Shown here: positions 52,501-63,112 of the stretch, in pieces
How the letters are laid out: each line of letters opens with the position of its first letter
Position numbering within the stretch: the stretch's first letter is position 1
From: Somniosus microcephalus
Lineage: Eukaryota
DNA: 64,000 nucleotides
Direction: 5' to 3'
Assembly: GCA_052327205.1 (NCBI GenBank)
Contig: CM126203.1
Span: 314,030,001-314,094,000 of the forward strand
The notes under the pieces: model-generated
The model's database searches: none
What the model was told of the DNA's origin: nothing
Seen by the model: only the letters and a program-made list of their open reading frames with translations
Made by a program: the position numbers and the translations under genes

Positions 52501-53474
52501 GCATCCTTATTTTTCCTCTGGGGTATACTTTTTGCCCCGTATACGTCGTCAAGACGATGGATGTCTCTCTCAAGGGTATGTGTGAGAATAGCCACTTGTA
52601 GTCTCGTCGATTCATGACGGTTAGCACTGATCCTGTATCCAATTGCATTTTAACTTGGGACCCTGCTATCGTGATCCTCTTTCTTGTTCCCGGATTCACT
52701 ATCGCTCATCTGGTCTTCGGAACTACTGTCCGTCATCTTTTGTACTTTCTTGTACGGTTCCTTAGTAGCCTTTTTGTTGTCGTTGGTCTTCTTCCCAGAC
52801 CTGCAAACTCGTGCAATGTGTCCCATCTTTCCGCATTGCCTGCATATTTTGTCCTTGGACCAGCGGTCCTTCTGGTCATGGTTAGTTCTGCCGCAGCAAT
52901 AACATTTTGCAAATCCCCGTGTCATTTCGTGGGTGCCGTTTTCCTGTGGCTTTTGTTGTATTTCCGCAGCTCCCCTGGCTGCTGCTTCGTACGATACTGC
53001 CATGCTGAAAGCCTTATCTAGCGTCAGCTCTTTCTCTGAGAGTAACTTCTTCTGTGTTCCTTCACTCAGGAGTCCACAGACAAATTTGTCCCGTGGGGTA
53101 TCTGCCAGTCCTGCTCCGAACTGGCAGTGCTTTGATAGCTTGCGTAGTTCCGTAAGGTACTCAGCATTGCTCTCATCTTTATGCTGAGTTCTCCTGTGGA
53201 ATTTAAACCTTTCTGCTATCAGCAGCGGTGCAGGGTTTAGGTGTTCCTGTAGGATAGGAACAATTTCGTTAAAACTCTTCGCCTTCGGTTTGGCTGGAGT
53301 AATCAGGTCCCGCAATAGGCCGTACGTTCTAGCGCCCATTAAGTTTAGCAATACCGATGCCTTTTTCTCATCGGCTATTTCGTTTGCCTCGCAATATACC
53401 TCGACTCTTTCCACATACGTGGTCCAGTCCTCTATTGCATTATCAAAGGCAGTGATACAGCCAGTCTTCGGCAT
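49579..53474 (-). pseudogene. Frameshifted gag-pol of the Mag-like Gypsy
   Basis: gag 53474-52650 (CCHC knuckle CRQCGKMGHIARVC), protease DTGS, RT YLDD, RNase H TDHQPL, integrase HHCC plus SDNGPQF...GLAERF. Split over five ORFs. Confidence 0.93.
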
Positions 53475-53485
53475 CTTGAAAATCT

Positions 53486-53605
53486 AAAATGGCGCCTCCT
53501 GCGTTTTGCCTTCTTCCCCGATTTAACAAAATGGCACCTCCCGCGCTTTGCCTTCTTCCCCGCTGATTAAGATGGCGCCTCCCGCGCTTTGCCTTCTTCC
53601 CTGCT
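53486..53605. repeat. Three tandem 41-42 bp repeats in the Gypsy leader
   Basis: Units start at 53486, 53528 and 53569: aa(a/g)atggc(g/a)cctcc(t/c)gcg(t/c)tttgccttcttccc. Confidence 0.9.
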
Positions 53606-54135
53606 GTTGCTAGCGCTGCTTTCCGCGGTTTCCGTTGCAACCTGCAGCTCCTCACGGTTTTCTGTGCGTTTAATATTTCTTTTTTATTTTTTTATTTTAT
53701 TATTTTCCCGTCGTGGAACAACCCTGTGGGACTCTTGCCTCCCTCTTCTCGGGTCCGTACGCTGCCCGGCTTCGTAGCACCGGCCGCGCCCTGTGTGCTC
53801 CACCCTCTCTCTCTCTCCTCTTCCCGACAACGCTGCTCGGCCCTGTTGCAAGCCACCCGCTCGAGTTCTCGACCGCCGCAGCCCAAGAAGGATCAGTGTA
53901 CTACCTACCACCAGCCCGATTAGCTGAAGCACCGTCGACAGGAACCAGGCCCCGCTCTCGACAGCTTCTCCTGTAATCTTCAACTCCGCTGACTCAGGGG
54001 CGGATGCCCACGGTCGACGCCCATTTCTACTGCTTCTTTCTTCCTTCTGGCCTCGACCTCTGCTCACTTCGCTTCAGGAATGGATCCCATGAGGTGGTGC
54101 AGACTGTAGGTAAGCTCGTATCTGCTCGTCGCCAA

Positions 54136-54612
54136 TATTATGTCCGTGTATAATTGAGACACGGACAGCAGGAGTTGATTATAACAAGTCTTTACTGAAT
54201 GGAGACAACACAGTGGCATAGTGGTTAGCACTGTTGCCTCACAGCGCCAGGGACCCGGGTTCAAATCTGGCCTCGGGCGACTGTGTGTGGAGTTTGCACA
54301 TTCTCCCTGTGTCTGCGTGGGTTTTCTCCGGGTGCTCTGGTTTCCTCCCACAGTCCAAAGATGTGCAGGTTAGGTTGATTTGGCTACCCTTAGTGTTAGG
54401 GGGTTAAATACGTGGGGTTACAGGGATAGGGTGGGATATGTGTCGGTGCAGGCTCGATGGGCCGAAATGGCCTCTATCTGCACTGTAGATTCTGTGATTC
54501 TGAATCAGGAAACTGAAACTACAGAAGATTGCTAGCGCCTTTTATACAGGGGTGGTCACTGCCAGTACTGCAGTCTGAGACCAGTTATTCCCTTAAAGGT
54601 ACATACACAACA
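54136..54612 (-). repeat. 5' LTR of the Mag-like Gypsy, interrupted by a SINE
   Basis: Direct repeat of 49290-49470 once 54209-54502 is removed. Confidence 0.95.
54209..54502 (+). mobile_element. HE1/V-type tRNA-derived SINE, near full length
   Basis: A box tggcatagtgg, B box ggttcaaatc, V-domain tggagtttgcacattctccc...cagtccaaagatgtgcaggttagg, CR1-like tail. Confidence 0.92.
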
Positions 54613-55958
54613 GACAGTGCTATCAAGCGGCACTTACTCAGCAATAACTTGCTAACTGACGCCCAGCTTGGGTTCCGCCAGGGCCACTCAGCTCCTGACC
54701 TCATTACAGCCTTGGTCCAAACATGGAGAAAAGAGCTGAACTCAAGAAGTGAGGTGAGAGTGACTGCCCTTGACATCAAGGCAGCATTTGATCGAGTGTG
54801 GCATCAAGGAGCCCTAGCAAAACTGAAGTCAATGGGAATCAAGGGGAAAACTCTCCATTGGTTGGAATCATACCTAGCACAAAGGAAGTTGGCTGTGGTT
54901 GTTGGAGGTCATTCATCTCAATCACATGACATCACTGCAGGAGTTCCTCAGGGCAGTGTCCTGGGCCCAACCATCTTCAGCTGTTTCATCAATGACCTTC
55001 CCTCCATCATAAGGTCAGAAGTGGGGATGTTCGCTGATGATTGCACACTGTTCAGCACCATTCGAGACTCGTCAGATACTGACGCAGTCCGTGTCCATAT
55101 GCAGCAAGACCTGGACAACATTCAGACTTGGGCTGACAAGTGGCAAGTAACATTCGCACCACACAAGTGCCAGGCAATGACCATCTCTAACAAGCGAGAC
55201 TCTAATCATCTCCCCTTGACATTCAATGGCATTACCATCGCTGAATCCCCCACTATCAACATCCTGGGGGTTACCATTGATCAGAAACTGAACTGGACCA
55301 GCCATATAAATACTGTGGCAACAAGAGCAGGCCAGAGGCTGGGAATTCTGCAGTGAGTGTCTCACCTCCTGACTCCCCAAAGCCTTTCCACCATCTACAA
55401 GGCACAAGTCAGGAGTGTGATGGAATACTCTCCACTTGCCTGGATGAGTGCTGCTCCAACAACACTCAAGAAGCTCGACACCATTCAGGATAAAGCAGCC
55501 CGCTTGATTGGCACTCCATCCAACACCTTCAACATTCACTCCCTCCACCACCGGCGCACTGTGGCTGCAGTGTGTACCATCTACAAGATGCACTGCAGCA
55601 ACTCGCCAAAGCTCCTTCAACAGCACCTTCCAAACCCGTGACCTCTACCACTTAGAAGGACAAGGGCAGCAGATGCATGGGAATATCACCACCTACAAGT
55701 TCCCCTCCAAGCCACACACCATCCTGACTTGGACCTGTATCGCCGTTCCTTCACTGTCGCTGGGCCAAAATCCTGGAACTCCCTTCCTAACAGCATTGTG
55801 GGTGTACCTACACCATATGGACTGCAGCGGTTCAAGAAGGCGGCTCACCACCATCTTCTCAAGGGCAATTAGGGATGGGCACTAAATGCAGGCCTAGCCA
55901 GCCAGCGACGCCCACATCCCATCAATGAATAAAAAAACTATCAAGCCTCATATGCGTT

Positions 55959-58444
55959 CTTCTTAGGCAGTCCCTCAGAACCGAGGATGACTTGCTTCCA
56001 CATTAAAAATGAGTTCTCAGGTGACTGGTGAGTCCAATGCGGGACCTACAGTCTCTGTCACAGGTGGGGCAGACGGTGGTTGAAGGGGCGCGTGGGTGGG
56101 GTGCTTGGGTTGACGTGCACTCCTTGCGCTGCCTGTGCTTGACTTCCGCTTGCTCCCAGCGAAGAGACTCGAGGTGTTTGGCGCCTTCCCGGATGCTTCT
56201 CCTCCACTTTGTGCGGTCTTGGGCCAGGGATTCCCAGGTGTCGGTGGGGATGTTACACTTTTTCAAGGAGGCTTTGAGGGTGTCCTTGAAGCGTTTCCTC
56301 TGCCCACCTGGGGCTCTCTTGCCGTGCTGGAGCTCCGAGTAGAGTGCTTGTTTTGGGAGTCTCGTATCGGGCATGCGGACAATGTGACCCATCCATCGGA
56401 GCTGATCGAGCGTGGTCAAAGCTTCGATGCTGGGGATGTTGGCCTGAGCAAGAACACTGACGTTGGTGCAGCTATCCTGCCAATGGATTTGCAGGATCTT
56501 GCGGAGGCAGCGTTGGTGATACCTCTCCAGTGCTTTGAGGTGCCTGCTGTACATGGTCCATGTCTCTGAGGCACACAGCAGGGCGGGTATCACTGCTGCT
56601 CTGTAGACCATGAGCTTAGTGCCGGTTTTGAGGTCCTGGTCTTCAAACACACTGTTCCTCAGGCGACCGAAGGCTGCACTGGCACACTGAAGACGGTGTT
56701 GGACTTCATTGTCGACGTCTGCCCTTGTTGACAGTAGGCTCCCGAGGTATGGAAAGTGGTTCACGTTGTCCAAGGCCTTGTCGTGGATTTTGATAATCGG
56801 GGGGCAGTACTGTGTGGCGGGGGCAGGTTGGTAGAGGACCTTTGTCTTACGGATGTTTAGTGTAAGGCACATGCTCTCATATGCTTCGGTGAAGGTGTTG
56901 ACGATGGTTTCGAGTTTGACCTCTGAGTGAGCGCAGACGCAAGCATCGTCTGCAAACTGTAATTCGACGACAGAGGATGGGACGACCTTGGATCTGGACT
57001 GGAGGCAATGGAGGTTGAACAGTTTCCCGTTTGTTCTGTAAATTAGCTCCACTCCAGCGGGGAGCTTATTGAGGGTGAGATGGAGCATTGCAGCAAGGAA
57101 TATCGAGAAGAGTGTTGGTGCGATGACACAGCCTTCCTTGGCCCCGGTTCGTACGTGAATTGGGTCTGTGGTGGAACCATTGGTCAGGATCACGGCTTGC
57201 ATGTCATCGTGAAGCAGGCGGAGGATGGTGACAAACTTTTGAGGGCAGCTGAATTTGAGGAGGACACTCCATAATCCCTCACGGTTGACAGTGTCGAAGG
57301 CCTTTGTGAGATCAAAAAAGGCCATGTACAGTGGTTGGTGCTGTTCCCTGCATTTCTCTTGTAATTGACGTGCGGTGAAGACGATGTCCATTGTGCCCCT
57401 TAGTGCACGGAATCCGCATTGCGACTCTGGGTGGAGCTCTTCGACCACTGGGAGAAGGCGATTGAGGAGGATTCTTGCAATGACTTTCCCTGTGGCAGAC
57501 AGCAGGGAAACTCCTCTGTAATTACCGCAATCGGACTTGTCACCTTTCTTGAAGATGGTCACAATTATGGCGTCTCTGAGATCCCCTGGCATGCTCTCCT
57601 CCTTCCAGATAAGAGAAATGAGTTCATGAATTCGCACCAGTAATGCTTCTCCACCATGCTTTAGTGCCTCGGCAGGGATTCCATCTGCTCCTGAGGCCTT
57701 GTTGTTCTTCAGTTGTCGGATGGCCTTTTCAACCTCATGCCGGGCTGGGGTTGTGCTGAGATGGTGGTGGATATCATGCTGTGGGATGAAGTTGAGGACA
57801 CTCGTGTCGAAGACAGAGTCGTGGTTAAGGAGATCTTCGAAGTGCTCCTTCCAGTGGGCTCTGACTGCCTCTCTGTCCTTGATGAGTACCTCTCCGTTCT
57901 TGGCCCGCAGTGGGGTAGGGCCTTGGGTGCTTGGGCCGTAGATGGTCTTGACTGCACTAAAGAATCCACGCACGTCGTGGTTGTCGGCTAGCTGCTGGAT
58001 CTCCAGGGCTTTCTCCACCCACCATCTGTTCTTTAGGTCGCAAATTTTTTGTTGGACCTCAGCCTTCAGGCTTCTGTAGAGCTGCTTTCTTGCTCTCGAG
58101 TTCTGTTGCTGTTTCCAGATCGGGAATGCCTTGCACTTGCGGCTTATTAGCTCTTGGATCTCCTGGTCATTCTTGTCGAACCAGTCTTGGTGTTTCCTGG
58201 TCGAGTGACCGAGCGTCTCTTCACAGGTGCGGATTATGGAGGCCTTGAGTACAGACCAGGCGCGGTGGGCAACAAGGGAAGGGGCCCAGGGAAGGTGCGG
58301 CACGGGTCAACAGCGAGGTCGGGAGGACCACAATGCATCCTACGAAACTCAGGCAGAGAGGACCTGCGGGAAGGAGGGAGGAGGACAGTAGCAGTATGTT
58401 TGTGTGTGTGTGCTAGGCAATTGTAGCAGAGCCTGGTCTCCAAT
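55959..58444 (-). mobile_element. RTE-clade (BovB-like) LINE, 5'-truncated
   Basis: 12-bp TSD CTCATATGCGTT (55947-58, 58445-56); short (GAA)n tail. Confidence 0.93.
56003..58303 (-). CDS. RTE reverse transcriptase ORF, 766 aa uninterrupted, endonuclease domain absent
   Basis: NYRGVSLL, ESQCGFR, FDLTKAFD, FADD, YLGS, C-terminal CPTC...HLRTH. Non-ATG start in non-RTE sequence, so translation is unproven. Confidence 0.85.
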   Translation of the reverse strand: MPHLPWAPSLVAHRAWSVLKASIIRTCEETLGHSTRKHQDWFDKNDQEIQELISRKCKAFPIWKQQQNSRARKQLYRSLKAEVQQKICDLKNRWWVEKALEIQQLADNHDVRGFFSAVKTIYGPSTQGPTPLRAKNGEVLIKDREAVRAHWKEHFEDLLNHDSVFDTSVLNFIPQHDIHHHLSTTPARHEVEKAIRQLKNNKASGADGIPAEALKHGGEALLVRIHELISLIWKEESMPGDLRDAIIVTIFKKGDKSDCGNYRGVSLLSATGKVIARILLNRLLPVVEELHPESQCGFRALRGTMDIVFTARQLQEKCREQHQPLYMAFFDLTKAFDTVNREGLWSVLLKFSCPQKFVTILRLLHDDMQAVILTNGSTTDPIHVRTGAKEGCVIAPTLFSIFLAAMLHLTLNKLPAGVELIYRTNGKLFNLHCLQSRSKVVPSSVVELQFADDACVCAHSEVKLETIVNTFTEAYESMCLTLNIRKTKVLYQPAPATQYCPPIIKIHDKALDNVNHFPYLGSLLSTRADVDNEVQHRLQCASAAFGRLRNSVFEDQDLKTGTKLMVYRAAVIPALLCASETWTMYSRHLKALERYHQRCLRKILQIHWQDSCTNVSVLAQANIPSIEALTTLDQLRWMGHIVRMPDTRLPKQALYSELQHGKRAPGGQRKRFKDTLKASLKKCNIPTDTWESLAQDRTKWRRSIREGAKHLESLRWEQAEVKHRQRKECTSTQAPHPRAPSTTVCPTCDRDCRSRIGLTSHLRTHF

Positions 58445-58477
58445 CTCATATGCGTTACAATATTAAAAGCAACATGA

Positions 58478-58650
58478 CTGAGATAGATAGATTTATGGGC
58501 ACTAAGGGAATCAATGGATATGAAGATCGGGCGGGAAAGTGGAGATGAGGTAGAAAATCAGCCATGATTTTATTGAATGGCGGAGCAGGCTCGATGGGCC
58601 ATATGGCCTATTCCTGCTCCTATTTCTTACGTTCTAATGTTTTTATGTTC
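58478..58650 (+). mobile_element. CR1 3' tail fragment
   Basis: tcagccatgattttattgaatggcggagcaggctcg...cctgctcctatttctta. Confidence 0.8.
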
Positions 58651-58760
58651 TAATTCATGAACTTAGAAGTTTGAAATAATTGATTTACGTCTCATCCATC
58701 AAGTAATAAATGTAATTTATGTTGAGATCATGTACATTGTATTTATTGCATGTTGCATGT

Positions 58761-59056
58761 TGCACATTGGGGAAACACTGTATGTAGATAAACCTGTATA
58801 ATCCCCTTTTAACTGCTGTATTCCCCTCCCCCCGCAAGACAGTTGCAAGCTGAGAGGAATAAGGCATGTTCAGACTTGCCTGCTGCTGAGAGAAGGAAAA
58901 CCAATCAGGTTCCAGCAGGTGACCAATCCGTGAGTCATCACAGATTCGCAGGCTTTGCGAATTCAGTACTGTATTGTGAGAGTTGGAGTAAAGACCTATT
59001 TCTTGTAGCTCGCTGTGTTGCCTATTTCTTTACGCGGGAGACTGTAGTCTCCCACA
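58761..59056 (+). repeat. 5' LTR of the CsRn1-like Gypsy
   Basis: Direct repeat of 63073-63381 with 5 substitutions and two short indels. The exact left edge is ambiguous by about 10 nt. Confidence 0.92.
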
Positions 59057-59069
59057 CTGGTGACCCCGA

Positions 59070-62000
59070 ATGTCGGCGGCCGAAGCCCCCGACTCACGTA
59101 GCCCTACAGAGGCCAGCAACGACCCGACGGCAACCAGCAGCAGCCCGATGTCGGCCGGCGCCGCGTCCTTGAAGCTCCCCACCTTCTGGGAACACCAAGC
59201 ACCAGCTTGGTTTGCGCACACGGAGGCCCAATTCACCCTTCGCAGAGTTCAAGACGACGAAGAAAGGTACCTCCACGTAGTCTCAGCACCATCAAGCTCC
59301 ACCGCCACCGAAGTTCTCGACCTGCTGGGGAACCCACCACAGACCGGCAAGTACTCAACCATTAAGGGCCGCTTGCTGCAGGCTTACGGCCTGTCCGGGG
59401 AGGAGAGGGCCCGCAGGCTTCTTTCACTACCAGGCCTCGGCGACTCTACCCCGACCCAGTTGATGAGCCGGATGCTTGCGCTCCTGGGCTCTGAACCGCA
59501 GTGCTTCTTGTTTCGGGCCCTTTTCCTCAGCCTGCTTCCTCAGCAGGTACAGACTGCCCTCGCGGGGTCCCCGATCATGGACTGCGTACAACTGGCAGCC
59601 GCCGCGGACAAAGTCTTTGCCGTCGCCCAACTCGGCTGTGCAGCCGCGAGGCTCCCCGACACCACCGAGCACGCGCCCCCACGCCAGGCCGCAGAACTAT
59701 GCTACTACCAGGCGCGTTTCGGCCACAAGGCCCAACGCTGCAGAGCACCCTGCTCTTTCGATCAAACCAAGATGGCCGCCCGGCCCAACGCGCCAGCCCC
59801 GCGCCGCCGTCTAGGCCCGCTCGACCGCACCCCCGCCGCCACGATGGCCATCGGCACCGCAGGTAAACTGCTGTACATAACCGACTCCCTTTCAGGGCGC
59901 AGATTCCTTTGCGACACCGGAGCCCAATGCAGCATAATTCCTGCCTCCCAGCTCGACATCCAGGCAGGCTGCAGCGGCCCACCCCTCGTGGCGGCAAATG
60001 GCGCAGCCATCACTACTTTTGGAAAGCGACGGGCCGAGGTTTGTTTCAACGGCCAGTGATTTACGTGGGATTTTGTGACGACCTCGGTGGCACATCCCTT
60101 GCTGGGCGCCGATTTTCTTTGCACCCACGGACTCCTGGTCGACGTCCGCGACAGACGCCTGATCAATGCAGCAACTTTTGCTTCACTGGCCTGCCAGCAG
60201 AGCAACAGCCCGGCCCTCGTCGGGTCCTGCTCGGCCCCGGTGGATGACGACTACGCCCGCCTACTCGCAGATTTCCCGAGGCTCACACAACCGACCTTCT
60301 CAGCCGCGGCAGCCAAGCATGGTGTCGAGCACCACATCGCCACTACGGGACCACCAGTGTTCGCCCGGGCCAGACGCCTGGACCCAGCCAAGATGGCGGT
60401 GGCCAAGGAAGAATTCGCCACGATGGAGAAACTGGGCATCATCCGCCGCTCCAACAGCCCCTGGTCGTCCCCCCTCCACATTGTGCCCAAGCCGGGCGGT
60501 GGCTGGCGCCCCTGCGGCGACTACAGACGGCTCAACGATGCCACCACGCCCGATAGATACCCCATTCCGCACATCCAAGACTTCTCGGCACACCTAGCAG
60601 GAAAGTCCGTCTTTTCCAAGGTCGACCTGATTCGCGGCTACCATCAGGTCCCCGTCCACCACGCAGACATCCAGAAGATGGCGGTCATCACCCCCTTCGG
60701 ACTGTTCGAGTTCCTGCGCGTGCCCTTCGGGCTCAAGAACGCCGCACAGGCCTTCCAATGGCTCATGGATTCCGTCCTACGGGACCTGAGCTTCCTGTTC
60801 GTCTATCTGGACGATATCCTCGTGGCCAGCACCAGCAAGGCCGAGCACATCGCGCATTTGCGCTCTCTTTTCCAGCGCCTCAGCCAACACGGGCTAATCG
60901 TCAACCCGGCTAAATGCCAGTTCGGAGCAGCCCAAATTGACTTTCTCGGCCACAGAATCTCGCCAAGGGGAGCCATTCCCCTACCTTCCAAGGTGCAGGC
61001 GGTGGCGGACTTTCCCCAGCCCACCTCGGTCAAGGCACTGCAGGAATTTTTGGGGATGGTCAATTTCTATCACCGTTTCGTGCCCAAGGCTGCCTCACTC
61101 ATGCGCCCCCTCTATGAAGCCACCAGGGGCAAAACGGGCAAAGAGCAACTTACCTGGTCCAGCGAGATGGCGACAGCCTTCCACCAGACCAAAAGCGCCT
61201 TGGCCAACGCCACACTACTGGCCCACCCCATCCCGGGCGCCAAGACTGCCCTCACCATGGACGCCTCGGATTACGCCATCGGCGCTGTCCAGCAACAGTG
61301 GGTCGAAGGCGCGTGGCAGTCACTGGCATTTTTCAGCCGACAGCTGCGCAAGAACGAGCAGGCCTACAGCACATTCGACAGAGAGCTCCTGGCCCTGTTC
61401 CTGGCAATCCGGCACTTCCGTTTCCTCCTGGAAGGCCGGCCGTTCACCGCATTCGTGGACCACAAGCCGCTCACTTTCGCCATGGCCAAAGTAACCGAAC
61501 CCTGGTCCGCGCGCCAACAGCGCCAACTCAACTTCATCTCGGAGTTCACCACGGACATCCGCCACGTCGCCGGCAAGGACAATTTGGTGGCCGACTGCCT
61601 CTCAAGACCCTCGCTCCACGCAGTGCACCTGGGCGTCGACTACGCCAGCATGGCGAGAGACCAGGCTGCCGACGCAGAGATCCAGGCCCTCAGGACGTCA
61701 ACCACCAGCCTCACTCTGGCCAACATCCACTTCCACGCAGCCGGCACATCCCTCCTGTGCGACGTCTCAGTCCCCTCGCCTAGGCCGGTCGTCCCATCCG
61801 CCTGGCGCAAGCGAGTTTTCGACATCATCCACGGCCTCTCACATCCAGGGATGCGCGCGTCTCAGAAACTCATGTCTGCCAAGTTCGTCTGGCCTGGACT
61901 CCACAAGGATGTGAGAGACTGGACCAACACATGCGTGGCGTGTCAGCGCGCTAAGGTCCAGCAGCACACCAAGGCGCCATTGGAGTGTTTCCCGGTGCCC

Positions 62001-63112
62001 GAGAGGCGTTTCGACCACGTCGATCTGGTAGGCCCCTTGCCGCCGTTGCACGGTTTCACACACCTGCTCACGATCGTCGACCGCACCACCAGATGGCCCG
62101 AGGCGGTTCCCCTCGCGTCCACCACCACGACCGACGTCGTGCGAGCATTCATCTCGACATGGGTGGCCCGGTTCGGCGTGCCGACCGACATATCCTCGGA
62201 CAGAGGCCCCCAGTTCACCTTCCACTTGTGGAATGCCATCACCGTCGGCCTCGGCACCAAGTTGCACAGAACAACAGCCTACCACCCGCAGGCCAACGGG
62301 CTCTGCGAGCGCTTTCATCGTTCCTTGAAAGCCTCCCTCCGCGCCAGCCTGGCCGACACCAGCTGGATCGACAAACTACCCTGGGTCCTCCTGGGATTGC
62401 GCACCGCACCCAAAGAGGACCTCCGCGCCTCCGCGGCCGAGATGGTCTATGGCCAACCGCTCAGAGTACCAGGCGACTTCCTCCCCCGACAACGGAGCCG
62501 TGGTCGGCCGCCAGACAGCTTGCCCTGCACCAGGACGCGGCCCAGCAATTCCGTCCAGTGCCCACTTCGCAACACGGCCCGCAGCCGTCCTACGTGCCTC
62601 GAGACTTATGACATGCGGAGTTAATCTTCGTGCGCTGGGACGCGCACAGAGGCCCGCTGCAGGCACCATACACCGGCCCCTTCTCAGTATTGGAGACGGG
62701 GGACAAAGCTTTTCTTATCGACGTCGGCGGGAAGCCGGACCTTATTTCAGTAGACCGCCTCAAACCGGCGCACCTGGACCTCAGCTTCCCGTTTCGTCCG
62801 GCTCTTCCCCCACGGCGGGGCAGACCTCCCGCGTTGGCGGCGGCCCCACAAGAGGACCAAGACACGCCAGAACCTTACTTCCCGGCCGCCGCCCCACCTT
62901 CGCCGGCAGCCCGTCCAGCCAACCCACCGGCAGACCAGCCGACGAACCAACTGGCCGACCTCCCAGACAGCCCTCCTCACACGCCAGATGGCTACTACAG
63001 CCACTACGGCCGTTTGGTCAAACCTCTGCAGAGACTGACTTTTACAGTTAACGAGGATTCTGGGGGGGCGTATGTGGCGTTGCCACATTGGGGAAACACT
63101 GTGTGTATGTAG
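59070..63112 (+). pseudogene. Near-intact single-frame gag-pol of the CsRn1-like Gypsy
   Basis: gag KLPTFW...WFAHTEAQF, protease CDTGA, RT YLDD, RNase H, integrase HHCC/DDE and GPF. Defects: TGA 60057-59, frameshift about 62487, TGA 62609-11. Confidence 0.93.

Larger units (their letters stand above)
49290..54612 (-). mobile_element. Full-length Ty3/Gypsy LTR retrotransposon, Mag/K02A2.6-like clade
   Basis: LTRs 49290-49470 and 54136-54612 (the latter contains a SINE); 5-bp TSD GACAG (49285-89, 54613-17); PBS TGGCGACGAG (54134-54125); PPT 49484-49472; gene order gag-PR-RT-RH-IN. Confidence 0.96.
48673..55937 (+). mobile_element. CR1-group LINE family B (48673-49289 plus 54613-55937), split by the Mag-like Gypsy
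   Basis: The frame ...SKVMEDFVD|SAIKRHLL continues across the Gypsy; poly-A at 55931-37; candidate TSD CTATCAA (48666-72, 55938-44). Confidence 0.9.

Noticed and set aside
53486-53605. CRISPR-like array
   Set aside because: Units are adjacent with no unique spacers, there are no cas genes, and the context is a eukaryotic retrotransposon leader.
54209-54285. tRNA gene
   Set aside because: A and B boxes are present but continue into a V-domain and LINE-like tail, so this is a SINE head.
60057-60059. Programmed stop-codon readthrough between gag and pol
   Set aside because: The TGA lies inside the protease, after the DTG motif (GQ*FTWDF). It is best explained as a CGA-to-TGA mutation, as at 62609.
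59400-63100. Many overlapping alternative-frame and antisense ORFs
   Set aside because: Expected from stop-codon scarcity in GC-rich coding DNA. No motifs, except the frameshifted integrase tail at the end of 61985-62611 and in 62630-63112.
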